Source: Rhodospirillales bacterium (GTDB lineage Bacteria; Pseudomonadota; Alphaproteobacteria; Rhodospirillales; UBA2165). From it: a stretch of DNA of 64,000 bases. How positions within the stretch are numbered: position 1 is the stretch's first letter; each line of letters opens with the position of its first letter. The DNA is taken from assembly GCA_965207535.1 (NCBI GenBank), contig CBDBMR010000008.1, forward strand, positions 8-64,007. Reading direction: 5' to 3'. Under the pieces are notes generated by a model. That model was not told where the DNA came from, searched no databases, and saw only the letters and a list, made by a program, of their open reading frames with translations. The position numbers were made by a program, and so were the translations under genes. Below, piece after piece: positions 8,757-23,804 of the stretch.

Positions 8757-8780
8757 CGAGCCATGCATTTTGTGCATAGC
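8757..8780. promoter_or_regulatory. LysR-type (T-N11-A) dyad box
   Basis: CGAGCCATGCAttttgTGCATAGC (ATGC-N7-GCAT); 19/24 identical to 24746-24769. Confidence 0.5.
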
Positions 8781-9030
8781 GGCAAGGTGTTGAAATTCCA
8801 TAATTTATAAATATTTTCCAACTTGGCCGTTTTCGCCGTAATAGTCATTCATGGACATTAATAGACATTTATTGTCACCCGTTCGGGAGGTAACGCACCG
8901 ATAAGGTCGTACAAAAACGCATAGCTCGCCCCTCCAAATCAAAACGCCGCCCCGGCGAGGGAGCGGCAGTGATCTATTCATTTAGCCCGCGCGCGGGTGA
9001 GAGCAAGGGGGGAATTGGGGGGCGAGACGG

Positions 9031-10335
9031 TTATCCATGTCCCCTTATCTCCGCGATCTTCCTGGCCATATAGATCCAGCGATGCAGGGGTTGTTCCATT
9101 TCCTCCGGTGCGGCTTCCTCGACCATGTGGAAGATATCGTAATCGTCGTTCCGTTTTTGCCACATCGAGAGCAGGGGCTTGACGGTCCCGGCGTCCTCTG
9201 CCTGGACCTGAAGTGTGCGGAACCAGCCCTCCCGATCCGCGGGTCCGTTGAAGGCGCGGTTTTCGAGCACGCGGCAGCCGCATTCCCGTGCTGCGATCCA
9301 GAGAGTGTGTAGTGGCGTTCCCCGGGGAACGGGGTCGGCGATCGGGATCGCTTCGGAAGGTAATGCGTCGACAAAGCGGTCTTCGAGGGACCAGGGAACG
9401 GCTTCGAAGCGCTCGGCTTGCGGGTTCCAGCGAATGCTTGCGCCGTCCCGGGTGTGGCCTTGGGCGCGGTTCAGGAAGGCCCGGAACGAGGTTCGGGCCG
9501 AGGCGGCCGGGCTCGCAAGGATATCCTCCACCCATCGGGTGAGTGCTTCGGCGAACCAGTCCGATACATCTTCTGCGCCGTGAGATTCATACCTGGAGAA
9601 ATTCCAGAGGACCTCGGCGAAGGCGTTGAGCGGATGGCCTTCTCTCCATAGCCAGTCCCGGCTTTCGCCGTAGATGTCATGAAACGGTTCGTCGACGTTC
9701 CGCCGGTCGACCGACACTTTTATCATCAACGTTTCGAGCTGATCCCAGAACTGCTGCATCAGTTGCGTTTCGGGCATGTCCACCCGCCGGTTCTCAGAGA
9801 GATTCTGCTCCGCTATCTGGAAGCACACCCCCCAGATGGCGGCGAGGGTTTCGGGACTGTTGCTCGGCAGGGTGTTGTCCTCGATCAGCGTATATCGCCA
9901 CCGTTCATAGCCGACCCCTCCCTGACCGGAAATCTCGTTGAGGAAATCCTCCACGTCGGCAATGGGCACGTATGAGTGAAGCGACTGGAATCGTCCGTAG
10001 AAGTCCCGCACGATGTCTCGTGCACGCGGTTCGAGCTCGGAGAAAAGCCGCGCTAGGTCGTGGGTACGGAAGCGTTTATTGTTCGCGGCATTCTGTGGAA
10101 CGGGCCGTTCAATCAGTTCCTCGACGGTCAAGTTGGCGTTCTCCGCGATGAGGTACTTGAGGGTTTGTTCCAATCCGCTGTAGGCGGCGGTGATCACCAT
10201 CCAGTTGCGTGCGATGTCGGTGCCCGGATGCAGTTCGTGCGTGACGGGCTCGCCTTCCAGGGTCTGGCTGGTCTTTCTGTGCGCGGTTCGGAGCCGCTGC
10301 ACTATTTCCAACTTGGTGTCCCTGGACATCGGCAT
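9031..10335 (-). CDS. Hypothetical protein with HEPN-like N-terminal domain
   Basis: GLEQTLKYLIA ... FRTHDLARLFSEL ... YERWRY pattern; start MPMSRD after GGAAGG. Confidence 0.6.
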   Translation of the reverse strand: MPMSRDTKLEIVQRLRTAHRKTSQTLEGEPVTHELHPGTDIARNWMVITAAYSGLEQTLKYLIAENANLTVEELIERPVPQNAANNKRFRTHDLARLFSELEPRARDIVRDFYGRFQSLHSYVPIADVEDFLNEISGQGGVGYERWRYTLIEDNTLPSNSPETLAAIWGVCFQIAEQNLSENRRVDMPETQLMQQFWDQLETLMIKVSVDRRNVDEPFHDIYGESRDWLWREGHPLNAFAEVLWNFSRYESHGAEDVSDWFAEALTRWVEDILASPAASARTSFRAFLNRAQGHTRDGASIRWNPQAERFEAVPWSLEDRFVDALPSEAIPIADPVPRGTPLHTLWIAARECGCRVLENRAFNGPADREGWFRTLQVQAEDAGTVKPLLSMWQKRNDDYDIFHMVEEAAPEEMEQPLHRWIYMARKIAEIRGHG

Positions 10336-10567
10336 TTTTTGTCCTTCCCTTCCGGAATGAGTGGTGTTGCCGCGCTTGGTTCGGAGGATACGTGCGCCCG
10401 GTACATGAAGAACAGGTTGGGCGCGAATTTGATCATGGCGCCCCTTTGTCGGGCTTTCGGCGGGGACACACAAGACCCGGACGGCCCACGCAAAATCGGC
10501 GGGCGAAATCGCCAAATAAAACGGCACCTTTTCGCGAGGGCGCTGTTTTTCTTGGCATGTTCTACAA

Positions 10568-11071
10568 TCAGACGATCGATGAGATTCCCGCCTTACACAT
10601 GAGACGTACCGTGCCCCAGGGCATCTCCCGGAGGCCCATATCGTCGAACCCGGCGGCAGCGAAAGCGCCAATGGAGGCGTCATTGGCGGGATCGGGATCA
10701 CTCCAGACCGATAAGACTCCCGCCCGCGAGAGCAAACTGTCCGAAAACGAACGCAGCATCGCGGTTCCATGTCCTAGGCCGATTAGCGCTGCTTCACCGA
10801 TGAAGAGATCGAGCCCACGAGCACCTTGGGGGAGCTCTTTCCACTCCCGCTCCGGATCGGAATCCAGATCGTAGGTTTGGATATATGCGAACGGCTCGCC
10901 CGACAACTCAACAATGACGCATTCCATCCAGGAACGGGTGAGGTGCCCCTTGATCTGTTCAAACTCGCGTGCCGGATCGCCCCACCACTTTCGAACGTGC
11001 GGCGCGTTAAGCCACTTCTCTATAAGCGAGAGATGACTGGTATCGAAGGGCCGAAAGACGTAGCCGGTCAT
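10568..11071 (-). CDS. GNAT N-acetyltransferase (AAC(6')-Ib-like family)
   Basis: WLNAPHVRKWWG, AYIQTY, RGLDLFIGE, GLGHGT, DPDPAN. Confidence 0.82.
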   Translation of the reverse strand: MTGYVFRPFDTSHLSLIEKWLNAPHVRKWWGDPAREFEQIKGHLTRSWMECVIVELSGEPFAYIQTYDLDSDPEREWKELPQGARGLDLFIGEAALIGLGHGTAMLRSFSDSLLSRAGVLSVWSDPDPANDASIGAFAAAGFDDMGLREMPWGTVRLMCKAGISSIV

Positions 11072-11089
11072 TCGGCCCTCACGACAAAC

Positions 11090-13105
<2,016 letters not shown>

Positions 13106-13210
13106 GACTTCCCCGCTTGCTTCCTGATCCTCTCGCCCCGGGTTACCCGGAGCGCGTTCCCCTGCCGGTCCCGCGGGCCCGGCCCTAGATGAATGACGAT
13201 ACCCTGGAGA

Positions 13211-15070
13211 CTATGCCGCCGTGCCGGAACCCGTTTCAGCCGGACCGGCGTCCAACTGGTCGGTTTCCTGGACCTGCTGCTGCTTCTTCAATTCCACGAG
13301 GCGCCGGAAGTCCGCGTCATTCGGCTCTTTGCCGAGACGTTCTTCCACTGCCTTGATCTCGGCCAGCAGCCGATCCCGCTGGTAAAGCCTGAGCACTTGG
13401 TCCCAGCCTCTACGGGCAATGTCCAATGGTTCGTCCGGCCGGGCGAATGTCGCGTGGTCCAATACCTGTCGGCTCAAAAGGCCGCCCAATAGCGTCGAAA
13501 ACCCGGTTTGACATAAGTGGTCATGCAGACCCTGAAAATCAAGGTCGGACCGCTGTTCGAGGGTCTTTAAGACCTCTTGGCGCAGTTTGTCAAGTTCCGG
13601 GCCGGTAAAGTCGAGGGTTCCCAACTGCTCGCCGATGTCGTCCATCATCTCCGGATGGGTGATCAAGACCACCAGAAGAATGCGTTCGCGGAGAGAAATC
13701 CGGTCGATTTTGGCGCCTGCGCCCGCCGCTTCGTCGATCTGCACCGACCTTGACGCGGGCTTGGTCCCGCCCGCCGCCCCGCCCGCTCGGCTTTTACGCG
13801 TTTCCTGCCACAAACGATCCTTGAACGTACTGAGATAGTGCCCCCGCACCGTCTCATCGGCGATCTTGAACGCCTGATCCTTGAGCTTTTTCTCGATCCA
13901 CGCCCGGTCGTCCGGATCGTTCAACGGCTTGCCCGCCCGTTCCATGCGCCAGATGACCTCCGACAAGGGCACCGCCCCGTTCAGCAGGTCCCCCATGGCG
14001 TCCCGGCCCCGGGTCCGGATCAGGCTGTCCGGGTCCTCACCGGCGGGCAGGAAGGCAAACCGCAATGTGCGCCCGGCGTTGAGGATGGGCAGCGCGCGCT
14101 CCGCCGCCCGCGACGCCGCCCGCTCGCCCGCATTGTCGCCGTCGAAACACAGGATGGGTTCGCGGGAGAACCGCCAGACCAGCCTGATCTGGTCTTCGGT
14201 GAGCGCGGTGCCGAGGGGCGCCACGGCGGTCCGGAACCCGGCCTGCTGCAGCGCCAGCACGTCGGTGTAGCCTTCGACAATGACGACGGGATAGTCCCGG
14301 GCATGCTCCCGGGCCTGATAGAGGCCGTAGAGCAGCCGGCCTTTCTGGAACACCGGGGTCTCGGGCGAGTTCAGATATTTGGGCGCGTTGGAGCCGGGGT
14401 CGGCATCGAGGATGCGCCCGCCGAAGGCGGTCACCCGGCCGCGGCCGTCCAGTATGGGGAACATCACCCGGCCCCGGAACCGGTCGTAAGGCGCGCGGTC
14501 CTGCTCGTCCGGCTGCACCACCAGCCCGGCTTCCAGGAGCTTCTCGCCGGGCGTCCCGTCCTTGGTCAGCGCCGCCTTCAGGGCGCCCCGTCCGTCGGGG
14601 GCGAAGCCCAGCCGGTAGGTCTTGATGGTCTCCTCGGTCAGGCCCCGCTCCAGCAAATATTGCAGCGCCCGTTTGCCCTCGGGCAGGCGGAGCTGCTTCT
14701 CGAAATACCGGGCGGCGGCTTCCAGCACGTCGTAGAGGCCCTTGGCGCGCTCGCTCCGGGCCCGCTCCTCCGGTGAATCCTGGGGCACCTCCATGCCGGC
14801 TTCCGCCGCCAATCGCTCGACCGCTTCGGGGAACGACAGGTTCTCGGTCTCCATGACGAAGTCGAAGACGCTGCCATGGGCCCCGCAGCCGAAGCAGTGA
14901 TAGAAGCCCTTCTCCTCATTGACCGTGAAGGACGGCGTCTTTTCGTTGTGGAACGGACACAGGCCAATGTGCTCGCGGCCCGCGCGCTTCAACGCGACGC
15001 GCTTGCCGATCACCGAGACCAGCCCCACCCGCGCCCTGAGCTCGTCCAGAAAGTGAGGAGAAAACGCCAT
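13211..15070 (-). CDS. dnaG: DNA primase
   Basis: CPFHNEKTPSF zinc ribbon, KYLNSPETP, VEGYTDV, CFDGD.AG; upstream of rpoD. Confidence 0.98.
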   Translation of the reverse strand: MAFSPHFLDELRARVGLVSVIGKRVALKRAGREHIGLCPFHNEKTPSFTVNEEKGFYHCFGCGAHGSVFDFVMETENLSFPEAVERLAAEAGMEVPQDSPEERARSERAKGLYDVLEAAARYFEKQLRLPEGKRALQYLLERGLTEETIKTYRLGFAPDGRGALKAALTKDGTPGEKLLEAGLVVQPDEQDRAPYDRFRGRVMFPILDGRGRVTAFGGRILDADPGSNAPKYLNSPETPVFQKGRLLYGLYQAREHARDYPVVIVEGYTDVLALQQAGFRTAVAPLGTALTEDQIRLVWRFSREPILCFDGDNAGERAASRAAERALPILNAGRTLRFAFLPAGEDPDSLIRTRGRDAMGDLLNGAVPLSEVIWRMERAGKPLNDPDDRAWIEKKLKDQAFKIADETVRGHYLSTFKDRLWQETRKSRAGGAAGGTKPASRSVQIDEAAGAGAKIDRISLRERILLVVLITHPEMMDDIGEQLGTLDFTGPELDKLRQEVLKTLEQRSDLDFQGLHDHLCQTGFSTLLGGLLSRQVLDHATFARPDEPLDIARRGWDQVLRLYQRDRLLAEIKAVEERLGKEPNDADFRRLVELKKQQQVQETDQLDAGPAETGSGTAA

Positions 15071-15188
15071 GACGGTTTTATAGCAGGCGCGAATTCGCTC
15101 GTACGCGTGAGTTACGAGTTATCCCCGTGTTCCTTGCGATTCACAGGGGGTGCGAAGCAAATCGCCGGATCTTGAATTTGCCGAATCA

Positions 15189-15485
15189 CCCTCTTCACCC
15201 CCCGAAGGGAGCGAGGGGATAGGCGGGTTGGTCCACCTCCCCCCACGGAGGGGGAGGTCGAGACGGCCGGCAATTAGCCGGGCGTCGAGGGTGGGGGGGG
15301 GATATGGATATTCCCCCTCACCCAGCTACGGCTATGGCTCGCAGGCTCGCCAACCCTCCGCATCCCTCTCCCTCCAGGGGAGAGGGAACACGATGCGGCG
15401 AGGGGACGCACGGCAAGCCCCCTCTCCTTTCCAGCCTTCGCAGCCGCACGCTGCTTCGGCGGAGCCGTCCAAGCGCGGAGGGGAT
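15189..15485. repeat. Cluster of REP-like palindromes (CCCTC(T)CCC-N3-5-GGGAGAGGG type)
   Basis: Examples: CCCTCTCCCTCCAGGGGAGAGGG and CCTCCCCCACGGAGGGGGAGG; related units at about 35910-35975. Confidence 0.6.
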
Positions 15486-15490
15486 AGCAG

Positions 15491-15961
15491 TTAAATCGGT
15501 GTCGTCCACCATTCCGAGGCGATTGAAAGATCACGGGACTCCAGGAAGATGCGTTTCGCCGCATCGTGGTGACCGCAAACGACGACAATTTGAGCTGCTC
15601 CCCGGTCCTTCACCTCGGTTTGCAAATGGTCCAACAGGGCCGCTCCCACGTCCGCCCACAGCTCCGGTGCGCGAACAACGAAATCGTCGACCGTACAGGT
15701 CAATCCACCCGGATCATAGACGGCAGGCGCTGACGCCACGGTTCCAATCAGCATTCCCTCTAGCTCGCCGTCATTTTCAAGAACCAAACAAATCGCTGAG
15801 GGATCATCCAGCAATGCGGCAAACCAGTGCCGTTGGCGTTCCTTCGAATCCGACGCCTTGCGCCAAAACACGGGTTGATGAGGTTCGTATTCGGTCCGCC
15901 GCGCTTCCGCTAGTCGGACCATCTCTTCGAGATCTCCGGTGTCGGCGAATCGGGCGCTCAA
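15491..15961 (-). CDS. GNAT family acetyltransferase
   Basis: QPVFWRKA, PAVYDPGGLTCTVDDF, QIVVVCGHHD, LSIASEWW. Confidence 0.7.
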   Translation of the reverse strand: MSARFADTGDLEEMVRLAEARRTEYEPHQPVFWRKASDSKERQRHWFAALLDDPSAICLVLENDGELEGMLIGTVASAPAVYDPGGLTCTVDDFVVRAPELWADVGAALLDHLQTEVKDRGAAQIVVVCGHHDAAKRIFLESRDLSIASEWWTTPI

Positions 15962-15970
15962 GAGACTTGC

Positions 15971-16426
15971 CTACCCCAGCTTATCCTTGACGATGCCGCT
16001 GGCCTTGGCGAAGTCCATCCGGCCGGCGTACTTCTCCTTCAGCGTGCCCATTACCCGGCCCATCTCCTTGATGGAGCCGGCGCCCGTTTCGTCGATGACG
16101 CCCTGGACGGCCCGGGCCATGTCCTCGTCGGAGAGCTGCGCGGGGAGGAACCGCTCGATGATGTCGATTTCCGCCTGCTCCTTCTCGGCCAGTTCGGTGC
16201 GGTTGCCGTCCCGGTAGAGCTGGATGGCTTCCCGGCGCTGCTTGATCATGCTCTGCAGCAGGCCGAGGATGGCGTCTTCGCCGATCCCCTCCTGGTTGCC
16301 CTTGGACCGGTCGGCGATGTCCCGGTCCTTGAGCGCCGCCAGGATCAGGCGGCAGGTCGAGGTCGCCACCCCGTCCTTCGATTTCATGGAAGCCTTGAGG
16401 GTATCGTTGATCTGATCCCTGAGCAT
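15971..16426 (-). CDS. yqeY: GatB/YqeY domain protein
   Basis: MLRDQI..LK.SMK...R...AALKD, MIKQRRE, KEMGRVMG; conserved location between carA and dnaG. Confidence 0.93.
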   Translation of the reverse strand: MLRDQINDTLKASMKSKDGVATSTCRLILAALKDRDIADRSKGNQEGIGEDAILGLLQSMIKQRREAIQLYRDGNRTELAEKEQAEIDIIERFLPAQLSDEDMARAVQGVIDETGAGSIKEMGRVMGTLKEKYAGRMDFAKASGIVKDKLG

Positions 16427-16745
16427 GGAGCCGTCTTCTCGCTATTGCGGAAGGGCGAGACACTAGCGAAAAAGCGGAACCGGAGTCAAATCCCGCGCAA
16501 AATATAAGTAATTGAAATTAAACGTTTTTTTCGGCGTTTTTTTCTTGACGCCAATGGCTTCAATGCTTTAAGCAACGCTTCCAGCCGTGATGTGACGGCG
16601 GGGGCGCCCAGTATCCCGTTTCCGGCAAGCGAGCGCCGGGCCCGGTCCGCCAGACCGCCCGATCCACAGCCATAGTTAGACCGCTGATTCCGTTGCCGTT
16701 TCCGGGACCGGACCAGCCCACAGACGCGAAAGAGACCGCCTGAGA

Positions 16746-17975
16746 ATGCCGCCTGCCGACGGCCAGGCCGCGCCCCAAGGAAGCGGCGCGCCCACCAGCA
16801 CAAACACGCCCGATGGCACGCCCGATGGCCCGCCCGAAGGCGCCGATGCGGCATTGGTTCTTTCCGACGGCACCATCTTTTGGGGAACCGGCCTGGGCGC
16901 CGAAACCTCCAACGTCGGCGAAGTGTGCTTCAACACCTCGATCACCGGCTATCAGGAAATCCTCACCGATCCCTCCTACGCCGGGCAGATCATCACCTTC
17001 ACCTTCCCCCACATCGGCAACGTGGGCACCAACCCGGAAGACATCGAGACGGTGACCCCGGCGGCCCGGGGCTGCGTGCTCCGCGCCGACATCACCGAAC
17101 CCGCCAACTTCCGCGCCACCCGTCATCTGGACGAGTGGCTCAAATCCCACGGCCTCCCCGGCATCGCCGGGATCGACACGCGGTCGCTGACCCGCAAGAT
17201 CCGGGGCTCGGGCTTCATCAACGGGACAGTGGTGAACGGCCCGGAAAAAGGCGACGGCATGGACGTGGCGGCGGCGCTCGCCGAAGCGCAAGCCTGGCCC
17301 GGCCTCGACGGCATGGACCTCGCCAAGACCGTCACCTGCGGCCAGACCTACCGGTGGGAGGAGAGCACCTGGGCGCTGGGCCGGGGCTACGGCGCGCTCG
17401 ACAAGCCCAAACATCACGTGGTCGCCGTCGATTTCGGCGCCAAGCGCAACATCCTCCGCTGCCTTGCCGCCGCCGGGTGCCGCGTCACCGTGGTGCCGGC
17501 GACCGCCACCGCCGAGGACGTATTGGGCCACGAGCCGGACGGGGTGTTCCTCTCCAACGGCCCGGGCGATCCGGCGGCCACCGGCGAATACGCGGTGCCC
17601 ATGATCCGGCGAGTGGTCGCGAGCGGCACGCCGGTGTTCGGCATCTGCCTCGGCCATCAGATGCTGGCGCTTTCGTTGGGATGCAGGACCGAGAAAATGC
17701 ATCACGGCCACCGGGGCGCCAATCACCCGGTGAAGGATTTGGAGACCGGGAGCGTCGAAATCACCAGCCAGAACCACGGTTTCGTGGTGGTCCGCGATTC
17801 GCTCCCCGACGGCGTGGTCGAGACCCACACGTCCCTGTTCGACGGCACCCTCGAAGGCATCCGCCTCGACGGCAGGCCCGTGTTCAGCGTCCAGCATCAC
17901 CCGGAAGCCTCGCCAGGCCCCCAGGACAGCCACCACCTCTTCGACCGCTTCGTGAAATTCATGGAGGGTGACTAG
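16746..17975 (+). CDS. carA: Carbamoyl-phosphate synthase small subunit
   Basis: GEVCFNT, TDPSY, LSNGPGDP, FGICLGHQ, HPEASPGP. Confidence 0.98.
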   Translation: MPPADGQAAPQGSGAPTSTNTPDGTPDGPPEGADAALVLSDGTIFWGTGLGAETSNVGEVCFNTSITGYQEILTDPSYAGQIITFTFPHIGNVGTNPEDIETVTPAARGCVLRADITEPANFRATRHLDEWLKSHGLPGIAGIDTRSLTRKIRGSGFINGTVVNGPEKGDGMDVAAALAEAQAWPGLDGMDLAKTVTCGQTYRWEESTWALGRGYGALDKPKHHVVAVDFGAKRNILRCLAAAGCRVTVVPATATAEDVLGHEPDGVFLSNGPGDPAATGEYAVPMIRRVVASGTPVFGICLGHQMLALSLGCRTEKMHHGHRGANHPVKDLETGSVEITSQNHGFVVVRDSLPDGVVETHTSLFDGTLEGIRLDGRPVFSVQHHPEASPGPQDSHHLFDRFVKFMEGD

Positions 17976-18036
17976 TTCACCACGGAGCACCCGGAGAGAA
18001 CAAAATTGAACCACAGAGGCAGTGAGACACAGAGAA

Positions 18037-18154
18037 ATGGTTGAGGAGAATGACCCTCTCACCCAAACGGTCATTGGCCTTGCGATTGAGGTCCACGAAG
18101 CTCAGCCTTTGGCGTATATGAAGCCCGGTTGGAATCCAGTTCTAGTGAAATTTA

Positions 18155-18171
<17 letters not shown>
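18037..18171 (+). pseudogene. Internally deleted GxxExxY-family protein remnant
   Basis: MVEENDPLTQTVIGLAIEVH|EAQPLAYMK...LVKFN: N- and C-terminal motifs joined with the GxxExxY core missing. Preceded by ACCACGGAG/ACCACAGAG...CACAGAG repeats. Confidence 0.65.
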
Positions 18172-21421
<3,250 letters not shown>

Positions 21422-21517
21422 TTGTCGCTTCTTCCCGACATTCATGATGTCCGCCCGTGGCGAGGGGCCGCGGGGCCGAGGCGTTTTGACTCCTCTATGC
21501 GTTGAGACGGAAGACGA

Positions 21518-21994
21518 ATGATGGAAAAGATACCGATGACCAAGAACGGCTTGGAGGCGCTGGAAGGCGAACTCAGGCGGCTTCGGTCCGAGGAGCGCCC
21601 GGCGATCATCAAGGCGATCGAAGCGGCGCGGGAACACGGCGATCTGTCGGAAAACGCGGAATATCACGCGGCCCGCGAGCGCCAGAGCTTCGTCGAGGGC
21701 CGGCTGGCCGAACTGGAAGACGTCATTTCGCGGGCCGATGTCATCGACCCGTCGACCCTCTCCGGCGACACGGTGCGCTTCGGCGCCACGGTACATATCG
21801 TCGACGAGGATACCGACGAGGAGCAGACCTTTCAGATCGTCGGCACGCATGAGGCGGATGCGGCCGCCGGCCGGCTGTCGATCACCTCGCCACTGGCGCG
21901 CGGCCTGATTGGCAAGAGCTTGGGCGATTCAGCGGAAATCACCGCGCCCGGCGGCTCCAGGTCCTACGAAATTCTCGAGGTAAAATATAAGTAG
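21518..21994 (+). CDS. greA: Transcription elongation factor GreA
   Basis: [28 protein letters not shown]. Confidence 0.97.
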   Translation: MMEKIPMTKNGLEALEGELRRLRSEERPAIIKAIEAAREHGDLSENAEYHAARERQSFVEGRLAELEDVISRADVIDPSTLSGDTVRFGATVHIVDEDTDEEQTFQIVGTHEADAAAGRLSITSPLARGLIGKSLGDSAEITAPGGSRSYEILEVKYK

Positions 21995-21997
21995 CGG

Positions 21998-22486
21998 CTA
22001 ACCGGCCTCGGCGGTTTCGTCCTCGACCGGCACCCCCGGCAGGTCCTTCGAGGTGCGGATGGTCTCGAAGGTGGAGACCGTCGAGACGTGGTCGGCGGAG
22101 GTGAGCCGCATGGTCAGGTCGTCCCGGTGCTCCTTGTCCCGGGCGACGATCTTCAACAGGAAATCGCCGCCGCCCCGGATCATGTGGGTCTCCCGGATTT
22201 CGGGCCAGCCGGCGGTCATTTCCTCGAACGCCCGCAGCAAGTCCTGGGACTGGCTGTCGAGACCGACGAGGGCGAAGAACATTTCCTTCAGGCCGAGCAG
22301 CGCCGGCTCCAACTCCGCGTGATAACCGCGGATGTAACCCGCTTCTTCCAGGGCCCGGACACGGCGCAGGCACGGCGGTGCCGAAATCCCCACCCGCTTG
22401 GCCAACTCGACATTGGTCATGCGGCCGTCGGCCTGTAGATCGCCGAGTATTTTACGGTCGACTTGGTCGAGCTTGACCCGCGACAT
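21998..22486 (-). CDS. Lrp/AsnC family transcriptional regulator
   Basis: LDQVDRKILGDLQADGRMTNVELAKRVGISAPPCLRRVRALE. Confidence 0.93.
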   Translation of the reverse strand: MSRVKLDQVDRKILGDLQADGRMTNVELAKRVGISAPPCLRRVRALEEAGYIRGYHAELEPALLGLKEMFFALVGLDSQSQDLLRAFEEMTAGWPEIRETHMIRGGGDFLLKIVARDKEHRDDLTMRLTSADHVSTVSTFETIRTSKDLPGVPVEDETAEAG

Positions 22487-22780
22487 CCACTGCTGCTCCC
22501 TGGTCACCCTCGAGGAATTCATTGGAATTTTGGCTCGGTGACGTGAGAGTAATTTTATTACCCGTACGGCTCCGGCGCAATAATATTTCAAAATGTCGGC
22601 GCACCGGTTCGAGCGGCCACTTATTGGCCACGTACCGGCCACATACCGGACAGTGCGCCGGCGACCGCTATTTTACCGGCGCGCTCCCTTGCGGACGGGT
22701 GGGGCCCTTTCTATTTTAGGGCCGGAATTCAGGTCCGGGGGAACCTCGCCGCCGGACAACCCTGTTTGATTGGAACCGCC

Positions 22781-23752
22781 ATGTCCGAACACATCCACAA
22801 CAAAGTCATGATCCTGGGCTCCGGCGCCGCCGGCCTGACTGCGGCCATCTATACCGCCCGGGCCAGTTTGGAGCCGGTGCTGATCCACGGCATGCAGCCG
22901 GGCGGCCAGATGACCATCACCACCGATGTGGAGAACTATCCCGGCTTCGCCGATGTCGTCCAGGGCCCGTGGCTGATGGAACAGATGCAGGCCCAGGCCG
23001 AAAATGTCGGGACCCGGATGATGGCCGATACGATCGTCGAAGCCGATCTCGGCCGGCGGCCGTTCCGCATGGTCGGCGATTCCGGCACCGTCTATACGTG
23101 CGATGCGCTGATTGTCTCCACCGGGGCCGAAGCCAAATGGCTTGGGCTCGACAGCGAGCAGTCGTTCATGGGATTTGGCGTCTCGGCCTGCGCGACCTGC
23201 GACGGCTTTTTCTTCAGGGAAAAGGAAGTCCTGGTGGTCGGCGGCGGCAATACCGCGGTCGAGGAAGCGCTGTATCTCGCCAACCTGGCGAGCAAGGTGA
23301 CCCTGATCCACCGCCGCGACGAACTTCGCGCCGAGAAAATCCTACAGAGCCGGCTGCTCAACAACGACAAGATCGGGGTTCTCTGGGATACGGTGCTCGA
23401 GGAGATCACCGGCAACACCGACGGCATGGCGCCCGAAGTGACCGGCGTGAAGGTCAAGAACGTCAAGACCGACGCGGTCAGCGAGCTTGCCCTCGACGGC
23501 GTCTTCATCGCCATCGGCCACAAGCCGAACACCGATCTGTTCGGCGGCCAGTTGGACATGGACGACGAGGGCTACCTGATTACGGCGCCCGATTCGACCG
23601 CGACCAACGTCCCCGGCGTGTTCGCCGCCGGCGACGTGCAGGACAATACCTACCGTCAGGCGGTCACTGCGGCCGGGACAGGCTGCATGGCCGCCCTCGA
23701 GACGGAGAAATTCCTCGCCGAACAAGAAGCGGTTGCCGACGCCGCCGAATAA
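22781..23752 (+). CDS. trxB: Thioredoxin reductase
   Basis: GSGAAG, GVSACATCDG, GGGNTAVEEA, GVFAAGDV. Confidence 0.97.
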   Translation: MSEHIHNKVMILGSGAAGLTAAIYTARASLEPVLIHGMQPGGQMTITTDVENYPGFADVVQGPWLMEQMQAQAENVGTRMMADTIVEADLGRRPFRMVGDSGTVYTCDALIVSTGAEAKWLGLDSEQSFMGFGVSACATCDGFFFREKEVLVVGGGNTAVEEALYLANLASKVTLIHRRDELRAEKILQSRLLNNDKIGVLWDTVLEEITGNTDGMAPEVTGVKVKNVKTDAVSELALDGVFIAIGHKPNTDLFGGQLDMDDEGYLITAPDSTATNVPGVFAAGDVQDNTYRQAVTAAGTGCMAALETEKFLAEQEAVADAAE

Positions 23753-23804
23753 GCGCTATTCCTGAGCGTCAATTTTCAACCGCTCGGGACGAGGCTTTAA
23801 CGCC

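Noticed and set aside
9031-10770. 579-aa version of the HEPN-like ORF
   Set aside because: The extension overlaps the GNAT gene and intergenic DNA; start at 10335 or 10329 preferred.
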